A stretch of DNA of 64,000 nucleotides from assembly GCA_963517295.1 (NCBI GenBank), contig CAUQFM010000002.1:1735-65734 (forward strand). The letters are read 5' to 3'. This stretch comes from an uncultured Vagococcus sp. Lineage in GTDB: Bacteria; Bacillota; Bacilli; Lactobacillales; Vagococcaceae. The notes under the pieces were generated by a model, which saw only the letters and a program-made list of their open reading frames with translations, made no database searches and was not told the origin of the DNA. This document shows positions 40,904 through 48,666 of this stretch, in pieces (the stretch's first letter is position 1; each line of letters begins with the position of its first letter). Both the position numbers and the translations under genes were made by a program.

Positions 40904-40918
40904 TATTGTATTTAATTT

Positions 40919-42469
40919 TTATTTGAAGTCAAATTCGATTTCTAAATCGACTACTTCTTCAACAGCTCTTAATAAATCACCACTGATTAAAACGTCAGTT
41001 GCTTTTTCTAATTCATCATAGATTTCAATGTCTTTGTCATTTTCAATCATGTTTACATATTTTCTGAATGTATCATATGCAACTTGTGTTCCTTTACCCA
41101 TAACACCGCGATCTGAAACAAATTCGATAGCTTGACAAGCAGCCATAATTTCAGTTGCAACAATACGACGTGAATTAATTAAGATATCACGAGCTGTACG
41201 AGCTGCAGTTGTTCCCATACTTACAAAATCTTCTTGGTTTTCACAAGATGTAATTGAGTCAACACTTGCTGGATGAGATAAAATTTTATTTTCTGATGCT
41301 AATGAAGCAGCAGCATATTGTGTAATCATGAAGCCAGAGTTAACACCTGGATGTCTTACTAAGAATGATGGTAAACCACTTAGGTTAGTATTAACTAAAC
41401 GTTCAATACGACGTTCTGAAACATTACCAATTTCAGCAGCACCAATTCCTAAATAGTCAAACGGTTGCGCCATTGGTTCACCGTGGAAGTTACCACCTGA
41501 AATAACATCTCCATTACGAGTAATGATTGGGTTATCAGTTACAGAGTTAATTTCGATTTCAACTTTTGATTTAACAAAAGCAACAGTATCTTTACTAGCA
41601 CCATGAATTTGAGGCATACAGCGTAATGAGTAAGCATCTTGTACACGTTCAGCAGTTGCTGGAGTTGTTAAAGTACTACCTTCAATCAACGCACGAACAT
41701 TTTTAGCTGTTGCTAATTGTCCACTATGAGGACGGATAATATGTAATTCTTCGTCAAAAGCATTAACAATTCCGTTATGTACTTCTAATGATAATGCTCC
41801 TGCAATATCAGCAAGTTTTAATAACTCAATAGAATCATGAGTAGCTAAAGCACCAATTGCTGTTAAAACAGTTGTTCCATTGATTAAAGCTAAACCTTCT
41901 TTTGCTTCTAAGTGGATAACTGGAACGCCAGCTTTTTCCATTGCTTCTTTACCGGCCATTAATTCACCCTTAAAGAAAGCACGGCCTAAGCCTAACATTG
42001 GTAATACCATATGTGATAATGGTGCTAAATCTCCTGAAGCTCCTAAAGATCCTTTTTCAGGGATGTGAGGAACGACACCGTTATTTAACATTGCCATTAA
42101 TGTTTCGATTGTGCTTAAGCGGATACCTGAGTGTCCTTTTAATAAAGAGTTAACACGGATTAACATAATTGCACGAACTTCGTCTTCTTTTAAAGGATCT
42201 CCAAAACCACTTGAGTGAGTACGGATTAAGTTTTCTTGTAATTGGCGAGTTTCCTCTTGTGGAATACTTACTTTTACTAAAGATCCAAAACCAGTATTTA
42301 CACCATAAACAGTACGTTTACTTTCAACAATATCATCAATAATTTTACGAGATGCATTAACTGCCTCAATAGCTGTTTCAGCTAACGCTATTTGAGTTCC
42401 TTTACGTGAAACTTCAACAACTTGATCCAATGTTAAATCTCTACCATTTAAAATAATTTTTTCGCTCAT
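40919..42469 (-). CDS. hutH: Histidine ammonia-lyase
   Basis: MIO-forming GSLGASGDLAPLSH. ATG 42469 (9 nt after AGGAGG) is preferred over ORF-track 42511. Confidence 0.95.
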   Translation of the reverse strand: MSEKIILNGRDLTLDQVVEVSRKGTQIALAETAIEAVNASRKIIDDIVESKRTVYGVNTGFGSLVKVSIPQEETRQLQENLIRTHSSGFGDPLKEDEVRAIMLIRVNSLLKGHSGIRLSTIETLMAMLNNGVVPHIPEKGSLGASGDLAPLSHMVLPMLGLGRAFFKGELMAGKEAMEKAGVPVIHLEAKEGLALINGTTVLTAIGALATHDSIELLKLADIAGALSLEVHNGIVNAFDEELHIIRPHSGQLATAKNVRALIEGSTLTTPATAERVQDAYSLRCMPQIHGASKDTVAFVKSKVEIEINSVTDNPIITRNGDVISGGNFHGEPMAQPFDYLGIGAAEIGNVSERRIERLVNTNLSGLPSFLVRHPGVNSGFMITQYAAASLASENKILSHPASVDSITSCENQEDFVSMGTTAARTARDILINSRRIVATEIMAACQAIEFVSDRGVMGKGTQVAYDTFRKYVNMIENDKDIEIYDELEKATDVLISGDLLRAVEEVVDLEIEFDFK

Positions 42470-42547
42470 TATCAATTTTCCTCCTATGGGTTCTAGTTTT
42501 ACTAGAGCCATCTGATTATATTTAACCTAATGCGTAAACTTTATTAC

Positions 42548-42560
42548 TTATGTTACATAA
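42548..42560. promoter_or_regulatory. Perfect 13-nt palindrome TTATGTnACATAA in the hutH leader (candidate operator)
   Basis: Sits just downstream of the candidate hutH promoter, roughly +6 to +18. Confidence 0.3.
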
Positions 42561-42572
42561 CCTTATAACTTT

Positions 42573-42603
42573 ATTATAACCAAAGTTATCTAAAAAATGT
42601 CAA
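42573..42603 (-). promoter_or_regulatory. Candidate sigmaA promoter of hutH
   Basis: Minus-strand TTGACA (42603-42598), 19 nt, TATAAT (42578-42573). The spacer is one to two nt longer than optimal. Confidence 0.4.
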
Positions 42604-42613
42604 ATTTTAGAGA

Positions 42614-43924
42614 TTAATTAGTTTGTTTTTTACTGCCATTTAATACAAAGTATAGAATGGCTGCGATGACGATACCGACACCACCTGCGATTAAGCTTTT
42701 CTTGTCTGCTCCCATTGCAAGCATCCAAATACTAACTACAATAGCTAAGATTGGAATCGTTGGTCCGAATGGTAATCTAAATGCTGTTTTTGCATCTGGA
42801 TTTTTCTTACGTAAGAAAATAACCGCTAATGCTGTTGGAATATATTGGATGAAACGGAACACAACACTAAGTTCTGCTAATTGTTCAAAACTACCAGTTA
42901 ATAATAAACCAGAAGTTAACACACAAGATACGATAATCGCAACATACGGTGCTTCTTTAGAGTTTTTCTTAGCAAAAAACTTTGGTAATAATCCTTCATC
43001 AGCAATAGATGCTCCGTAACGAGGAATCATCATTGAATCTCCAACGTTAAGTCCTAAGATTGAGATTAAGGCTCCAACTGAGATAATCCATTTACCCCAA
43101 GGTCCAACCATTTGTCCAAAAGCGTCTTGTACTGGTGCGCCACTTTCTAAAATACCTGCACCTAACATAGCGATTGTTCCAGCAATAATCATGAAATAAA
43201 GAACTGAAACCACACTGATTGAGCCTAAAATAGCACGTGGCATATTTTTCTTCGCATCTCTCATCTCACCAGCAACAACTGGTAACGCTTCAAAACCGAT
43301 AAATGCGTAGAAGATTGTCATTGATGTTGATCCTAACGCTTTAGATAATGTCATACCTTCTTTTAGTTGTAAGAATGGTGTGAAGTTACCTTTATCAAAT
43401 CCACCTTTTAAGAAGAAGATTGAGATAAACACAAACGCAACAATTGGAATTAATTTGGCAATTGTTACAGTAATTGTAAAGATTTTAGATGATTTTAACC
43501 CTGTACTGTTAATAATAGATAATAAAATAACTAGTGCAATACTGATAAATGTATTCATACCTGTTAGAGATGGGAAAGCCATGATTAACAACTTAGCAAA
43601 TCCGGCTGCCATCGCTGACCAGGCAATAATTGTTACAAACCATCCTAGTAATCCTACAATAAAACCGACAAAATCACCAAATGCTGATTTAGAATATTGG
43701 AAAGCTCCTCCATTTTTATCAAAATAACATGAGACTTCCGCAAAACATACAGCAAGTAATAATACTAACACCGCATCAAAAAGCATTGCTAGTAGTGACG
43801 CTGGACCTAAATCCATATAAATAGTACGTGGTAATAAGAAAATTCCTGAGCCGACTACCGCGTTAATCCCATATAACGTTGCACCGCTCAAACTGAATTT
43901 TGCATTTTCTGTTTCTGAACTCAT
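42614..43924 (-). CDS. APC-superfamily amino acid permease (putative histidine/urocanate uptake, by context)
   Basis: 436 aa with ~12 TM helices and GSGIFLLP near the N-terminus. GAGGGG SD. Lies between hutD and hutH. Confidence 0.8.
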   Translation of the reverse strand: MSSETENAKFSLSGATLYGINAVVGSGIFLLPRTIYMDLGPASLLAMLFDAVLVLLLAVCFAEVSCYFDKNGGAFQYSKSAFGDFVGFIVGLLGWFVTIIAWSAMAAGFAKLLIMAFPSLTGMNTFISIALVILLSIINSTGLKSSKIFTITVTIAKLIPIVAFVFISIFFLKGGFDKGNFTPFLQLKEGMTLSKALGSTSMTIFYAFIGFEALPVVAGEMRDAKKNMPRAILGSISVVSVLYFMIIAGTIAMLGAGILESGAPVQDAFGQMVGPWGKWIISVGALISILGLNVGDSMMIPRYGASIADEGLLPKFFAKKNSKEAPYVAIIVSCVLTSGLLLTGSFEQLAELSVVFRFIQYIPTALAVIFLRKKNPDAKTAFRLPFGPTIPILAIVVSIWMLAMGADKKSLIAGGVGIVIAAILYFVLNGSKKQTN

Positions 43925-44014
43925 TGTAAATCCCCTCTCTGATCTGTCAGATCACTTAACTTTGGTTCTTTTTTTACATCTAAATTTTTAAAATTTAAAG
44001 AGTTTATCAAAAAG

Positions 44015-44027
44015 ACTTCCTATCCAA
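44015..44027 (-). promoter_or_regulatory. TTGGATAGGAAGT box, copy 2 (upstream of the hut-linked permease)
   Basis: Exact 13-mer. Its ATAGGA core lies 11 nt upstream of a TAAACT -10-like hexamer. Confidence 0.3.
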
Positions 44028-44129
44028 ATCTGTTTTCTGACGAAACGGACGGTTCACTTACGTTCTATTTCAAGTTTTGTCACTATCTTTCTGGCAATTT
44101 TTTGATACGCTCTTCTTGCATCTTTTTTG

Positions 44130-44735
44130 TCAACGGACACTCACTTCAACAACAACCGGCGTGTGCCCTCCTATAGTCGAACAAACTTTAACTTTTTCTC
44201 CACCAAGAGTTTCAGTTAAAACTAAACTGTTTCCTTTTTCTATATCGATGATTTCTTTTTCATTTGATGTTCCATTAACAATCAACTGTGTGTTCTCTAA
44301 TGCAAAATAAATGTAAACAACCTTCTTTTTTAATATTATTTCTGCACCAGATTGTCTAGTTCTCATTTCACCACCATATTTTGGTAAGTAGATTAAATTA
44401 AAATCTGTACACTTACCAAAACTTTTTGTTGTATCACTTCCACAAAAGTAATCTGTTTGAAACGGTGCCAATATCTCTTTTCTAGATCCTTTTTCCCCGC
44501 TATGATGAAGTTCTAAAGGGTTATCTAAAGACATAATAATCCGTTTGTATCCAGGTAAACTAGAAAAATCACTCTCATTTAATGAAACTTTAGCAGTTGA
44601 AATTCTAAAATCAAATTCATTTAAAGCATATTGCCCACTAGGTGGGTAGAGAAACACTTCAGTCGTTTCTCCACCACTCCAGTTGGACACAGAATAATCA
44701 GATTGCGAGATAATTTTTTTGTTCATCTCTTTCAC
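44130..44735 (-). CDS. hutD: HutD/Ves-family protein
   Basis: W-x-GG-x-T-x-E (NWSGGETTEV), FRISTAKV...FSSLPGYKRII and DFNLIY match the HutD pattern. Starts 6 nt after the fhs stop. Confidence 0.65.
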   Translation of the reverse strand: MKEMNKKIISQSDYSVSNWSGGETTEVFLYPPSGQYALNEFDFRISTAKVSLNESDFSSLPGYKRIIMSLDNPLELHHSGEKGSRKEILAPFQTDYFCGSDTTKSFGKCTDFNLIYLPKYGGEMRTRQSGAEIILKKKVVYIYFALENTQLIVNGTSNEKEIIDIEKGNSLVLTETLGGEKVKVCSTIGGHTPVVVEVSVR

Positions 44736-44741
44736 CTTTTT

Positions 44742-46418
44742 CTAGAATAAACCGATAATGTTACCATCTGAATCAATATCAATTCTTTCTGATGCTGGTG
44801 ATTTAGGTAAACCTGGCATTGTCATAACAGCTCCTGTAAGTGCTACGATAAATCCAGCTCCTGCAGATACTTTTAAGTTACGAATAGTCACTGTAAAGTC
44901 TTTAGGTGCCCCAATCTTAGTTTGATCATCAGAGAATGAATATTGTGTTTTAGCCATACAAATTGGTAAGTTTCCAAAACCTAATTCTTCTAATTTTTTC
45001 AATTGTTTACGAGCAGCAGGCACGATTTCTACGCCAGTTCCACCATAAACTTTTTGAACGATTTTGTTTAATTTTTCTTCAATAGTATCTTCTAAATCAT
45101 AAACAAATTTGAAGTTGTTAGGACGATCAGCTAATTCGATTACTTTTTCAGCTAATTCAATTCCGCCTTCTCCACCGTTAGCCCATACATCTGAAAGAAC
45201 AACGTCAACGCCACGCTCTTTACATGCTTTTTCTACAGCTATTAACTCAGCGTCAGTATCTAATGGGAATTTGTTTATTGCTACAACAACTGGCATACCA
45301 TAAACTTCTTGAATGTTTTCGATATGTTTGTCTAAGTTTGTTAATCCAGCCATAACAGCTTCAACATTTTCTGGTTCTAATTCTTTTTTAGGAACGCCAC
45401 CATGCATTTTAAGCGCACGAATCGTTGCTACTAAAACAACTGCATCTGGTTTTAAGTTACCTAAGCGACATTTAATATCGATGAATTTTTCAGCACCTAA
45501 GTCAGCTCCAAATCCAGCTTCAGTAATTGCATAATCAGCATATTTTAATGCTAATTTTGTAGCGATAACACTGTTACAACCATGAGCGATATTAGCAAAT
45601 GGACCACCGTGAATGATTGCTGGTGTATGTTCTAATGTTTGAACTAAGTTTGGATGGATTGCATCTTTAAGTAAAGCTGCAATCGCTCCACCAGCTTTTA
45701 AATCTTCAGCAGTTACTGGATTTCCCTCATAAGAATAACCAATGATCATTTTGTTAAGTTTAACTTTTAAATCATCTGGATCATTAGCTAAACATAAAAC
45801 AGCCATAATTTCAGAAGCAACTGTAATATCGTAACCATCTTCACGAGGCACACCGTTGACACGGCCTTGTAACCCATTAACGATATGACGTAATTGACGA
45901 TCATTCATGTCAACAACACGTTTCCAAGTGATGTTACGGCTATCAATGTTTAAATCATTACCATGGTGAATATGATTGTCAATTAATGCTGCTAAAAGGT
46001 TGTTAGCAGCTCCAATAGCATGGAAATCACCTGTAAAATGTAAATTTATATCTTCCATAGGTACTACTTGTGCATGTCCACCACCAGCAGCGCCACCTTT
46101 AACACCAAAGACTGGTCCTAATGATGGTTCTCTTAAAGCGATCATAGCTTTTTTGCCTAATTTTGAAAATCCATCAGCTAATCCAACAGATGTTGTTGTT
46201 TTTCCTTCTCCAGCTGGAGTTGGTGTAATTGCTGTAACTAAAATTAGTTTGCCATCTTCTTTATCTTGTAATTTACCTAATTCATGCGCGCTTAATTTTG
46301 CTTTATAGTTTCCATAAAGAGTTAATTGATCCTCTTCAATTCCTAAAGGAGCGACTACATCTTTAATAGGTTTCATTGTAACTTGGTTTGCGATTTCGAT
46401 ATCTGATAAGTATGACAT
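44742..46418 (-). CDS. fhs: Formate--tetrahydrofolate ligase
   Basis: [16 protein letters not shown]-loop and [11 protein letters not shown]; 558 aa. Confidence 0.95.
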   Translation of the reverse strand: MSYLSDIEIANQVTMKPIKDVVAPLGIEEDQLTLYGNYKAKLSAHELGKLQDKEDGKLILVTAITPTPAGEGKTTTSVGLADGFSKLGKKAMIALREPSLGPVFGVKGGAAGGGHAQVVPMEDINLHFTGDFHAIGAANNLLAALIDNHIHHGNDLNIDSRNITWKRVVDMNDRQLRHIVNGLQGRVNGVPREDGYDITVASEIMAVLCLANDPDDLKVKLNKMIIGYSYEGNPVTAEDLKAGGAIAALLKDAIHPNLVQTLEHTPAIIHGGPFANIAHGCNSVIATKLALKYADYAITEAGFGADLGAEKFIDIKCRLGNLKPDAVVLVATIRALKMHGGVPKKELEPENVEAVMAGLTNLDKHIENIQEVYGMPVVVAINKFPLDTDAELIAVEKACKERGVDVVLSDVWANGGEGGIELAEKVIELADRPNNFKFVYDLEDTIEEKLNKIVQKVYGGTGVEIVPAARKQLKKLEELGFGNLPICMAKTQYSFSDDQTKIGAPKDFTVTIRNLKVSAGAGFIVALTGAVMTMPGLPKSPASERIDIDSDGNIIGLF

Positions 46419-46466
46419 TTTTATAATTTCATCCTTTCGTTTTTAGAAAAAAATGTTTTAAGTTTG

Positions 46467-47093
46467 TTAAACAACTTTTAATGTTTCTACATAAATTTCG
46501 TCAGCTAATGCAGTTCCCATTGCTAATAATTTTTCGCCTTCTCCGCGATGTTGTGCAACAAATTCTTCGTTTTTAATCCCTGATAAATTAATTAACACAT
46601 TTAACCAAGCTCCTTGAAGACCAGCTTTTAAGTTAAGCGCTGCAACACCTAAATCACTTGCTGCATTTGTGTTTGATTTACCAATGGCTTTTTGAGTGAC
46701 TTCTAAAGCATTAACCATTAACTTCATCATTCTAAATGGAGACTCTGCTGCGCCTTCTAAAGCTGATTGCATTGCTTTACGTCTAGCTGCTTTATCTTCA
46801 TCCGTTTCTTTTGGCATGCTGAATACTGCTGAAACGACATTAAAAGCTTCTGTATCTTCATCAATTGCTTTTACTAAATGAGTTTGTAAAGCTTTTGTTT
46901 CATCAAAAACTAATTTAATTTCATCTTCAAACTCAGCATATTTTTTCTTACCTATAGTTAATTCACACACCATTTTAGTTAATGAAATTCCCATGGCTGC
47001 TGATAGAGCTGCTGCTGACCCACCACCTGGTGCTGGTGCATCTGAACCTAAAGTTTCAATAAAATCCGTTACTGTTAAGTCTACTAATTTCAT
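46467..47093 (-). CDS. fchA: Formimidoyltetrahydrofolate cyclodeaminase / methenyl-THF cyclohydrolase family protein
   Basis: FTCD C-terminal-domain signature APAPGGGSAAALSAAMG; all-helical, 208 aa. Confidence 0.85.
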   Translation of the reverse strand: MKLVDLTVTDFIETLGSDAPAPGGGSAAALSAAMGISLTKMVCELTIGKKKYAEFEDEIKLVFDETKALQTHLVKAIDEDTEAFNVVSAVFSMPKETDEDKAARRKAMQSALEGAAESPFRMMKLMVNALEVTQKAIGKSNTNAASDLGVAALNLKAGLQGAWLNVLINLSGIKNEEFVAQHRGEGEKLLAMGTALADEIYVETLKVV

Positions 47094-47107
47094 TTATGTG
47101 TCACTCC

Positions 47108-48007
47108 TTATCCTAATAAGTGGTTTTCTAAAATTTGTTTACCATAATCAAAGTCTTCTACTTGTAAGTAATACTCAGCACAATCAATCATTGCTTTGGC
47201 TGGAGTTAAACCAATAATTTCACTTCCGATGATGTTAACGCCGTAACGTTTAGCTTCCATGCGGATTGTTTCAAATGTTCTATATAAAGGAGTTCCTTCA
47301 AAGTTAACCATGTTCATTGATACTTGAGCGATGTTACGATCTTCTAACATAACGCCAATTCCTTTAGCATATTTGAATCCACCACCTGAAGCGCGGATGA
47401 TTTTAGCTATTTTATTAGCGATTGTGATGTCTGATGTATCTAAGTTTACGTTGAATGCTACAAGTGGCATTCTAGCTCCTACAGCGATTACTCCAGCAGT
47501 AGGATGGATTTTTCTTTCACCAAAATCCGGTGCCCATTCTTCTTCTTTTAATTTTTCAGGCATTCCTTCAAATTGTCCTTTACGAACTTTCGCTAAATTT
47601 TTACGACTTGGAGTTGATGCTGAATCTTCATATAAGAAAATCGGAATATTTAATTCGTCATTAATTCGTTTAGCTACTTTTTTAGAAATCTCAACACATT
47701 CTTCAACTGAAGAATCTTTAATAGGAATAAATGGAACAACGTCTGTGGCACCCATACGTGGATGTTCGCCATGTTGTTTTGTCATATCAATGTTTTCACT
47801 TGCATATTTTACTAATTGGAATGCTGCTTCTTGGATTCCTACTTCGTCACCAACTAATGTAAATACACTACGATTGTGGCTAGCGTCTGATGAATGATCT
47901 AAAAGAGTCACTCCTCCAACACTTTTAGCAACTGATACTAATCCGTTAATTACCTCTTCATTTTTACCTTCACTAAAATTTGGGACACATTCAATTATTT
48001 TTGCCAT
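47108..48007 (-). CDS. ftcD: Glutamate formimidoyltransferase
   Basis: IIECVPNFSEGKN N-terminus; HPRMGATDVVPFIP; 299 aa. Confidence 0.9.
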   Translation of the reverse strand: MAKIIECVPNFSEGKNEEVINGLVSVAKSVGGVTLLDHSSDASHNRSVFTLVGDEVGIQEAAFQLVKYASENIDMTKQHGEHPRMGATDVVPFIPIKDSSVEECVEISKKVAKRINDELNIPIFLYEDSASTPSRKNLAKVRKGQFEGMPEKLKEEEWAPDFGERKIHPTAGVIAVGARMPLVAFNVNLDTSDITIANKIAKIIRASGGGFKYAKGIGVMLEDRNIAQVSMNMVNFEGTPLYRTFETIRMEAKRYGVNIIGSEIIGLTPAKAMIDCAEYYLQVEDFDYGKQILENHLLG

Positions 48008-48082
48008 TGAAACAACTTCCTCTCTATTTTTGTTAAAAACAAATGAAAGTAACTATTCTTACCTCATTCTATTTTAATATAC

Positions 48083-48111
48083 ATTATACTTAATAAAAAC
48101 AAAACTGTGAA
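48083..48111 (-). promoter_or_regulatory. Candidate sigmaA promoter of the ftcD-fchA-fhs-hutD operon
   Basis: Minus-strand TTCACA (48111-48106), 17 nt, TATAAT (48088-48083), ~75 nt upstream of the ftcD ATG. Confidence 0.5.
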
Positions 48112-48175
48112 CTATCGAACAAAAAATTATTTTGAATCTCCTTATTCAAAAGTTAGAAATCCAGCTCTTTTTAAA

Positions 48176-48189
48176 GTATAGCGCTTTCA
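48176..48189. promoter_or_regulatory. cre-like half-conserved CcpA site
   Basis: GTATAGCGCTTTCA compared with TGWAANCGNTNWCA: the right half and the CG core are perfect, the left half is weak. Lies just downstream of a second candidate promoter, TTGACA (48229-48224), 17 nt, TATTCT (48206-48201). Confidence 0.3.
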
Positions 48190-48666
48190 ATTACATTCAA
48201 AGAATAACACTGCTTTTTTTTAGTGTCAACACACCTATAGCCTTAAATTACATAGTTTGTAAGCTTTATTCACAAATGAATATTATTCATTTCAACCTGT
48301 TTTTTTTCGTTATTTAACTTTTTGCTTTTTTCTTGTTTTTTGTTAGTATCTATTTTTGACATTTTTTTGACTTTCACCCTTTTTACTTATGATAGTTTAC
48401 CTATAAATCAATATCCTGTTTAAATAAAAAGAAGGATACGCTTTACTAAACAGCTAATATTTTCTATTAAATTTAAATCATATTAGTCTTTTTTTCATTA
48501 TTATTTTTGATATTGTTCTATTTATTATTATTTTTAAAAAATAATAATCGACTTCATTCAAATGATTTTTTTATCATCTTAGACGCTCATTTGACGGAAA
48601 ATAGATAACTAAAAAAAGACATAAAATAACATAATTTTTTTATTTTTAAAGAAAGAAGGAAAAGCC

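Noticed and set aside
40793-40918. Possible T-box riboswitch upstream of hisS
   Set aside because: Only ~125 nt are available, and they are filled by the hutH terminator and a short hairpin. There is no Stem I/specifier architecture and no conserved T-box sequence.
43921-44010. 29-codon upstream ORF (TTG start, MINSLNFKNLDVKKEPKLSDLTDQRGDLQ) whose TGA overlaps the permease ATG
   Set aside because: The start and SD are weak. It has no His codons, so it is not a histidine attenuation leader. An open frame of 30 codons is not improbable by chance, and the permease has its own GAGGGG SD.
47331-47897. 188-aa plus-strand ORF inside glutamate formimidoyltransferase. Similar antisense ORFs occur at 257-616, 11282-11680, 23499-23909, 33097-33495, 42657-43019, 43380-43727, 45976-46308 and elsewhere.
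   Set aside because: All lie antisense to (or, for 19949-20134, 26218-26460, 28823-29059 and 60343-60528, out of frame on the same strand as) genes with strong family signatures. They lack ribosome-binding sites and encode Ser/Pro/Ile-rich low-complexity strings, so they are antisense or out-of-frame artefacts of codon bias.
48590-48612. Six-codon mini-ORF (ATGATTTTTTTATCATCTTAG) in the GlmL-like gene leader, as a possible leader peptide
   Set aside because: It has no SD, no informative codon content and no adjacent alternative hairpins.
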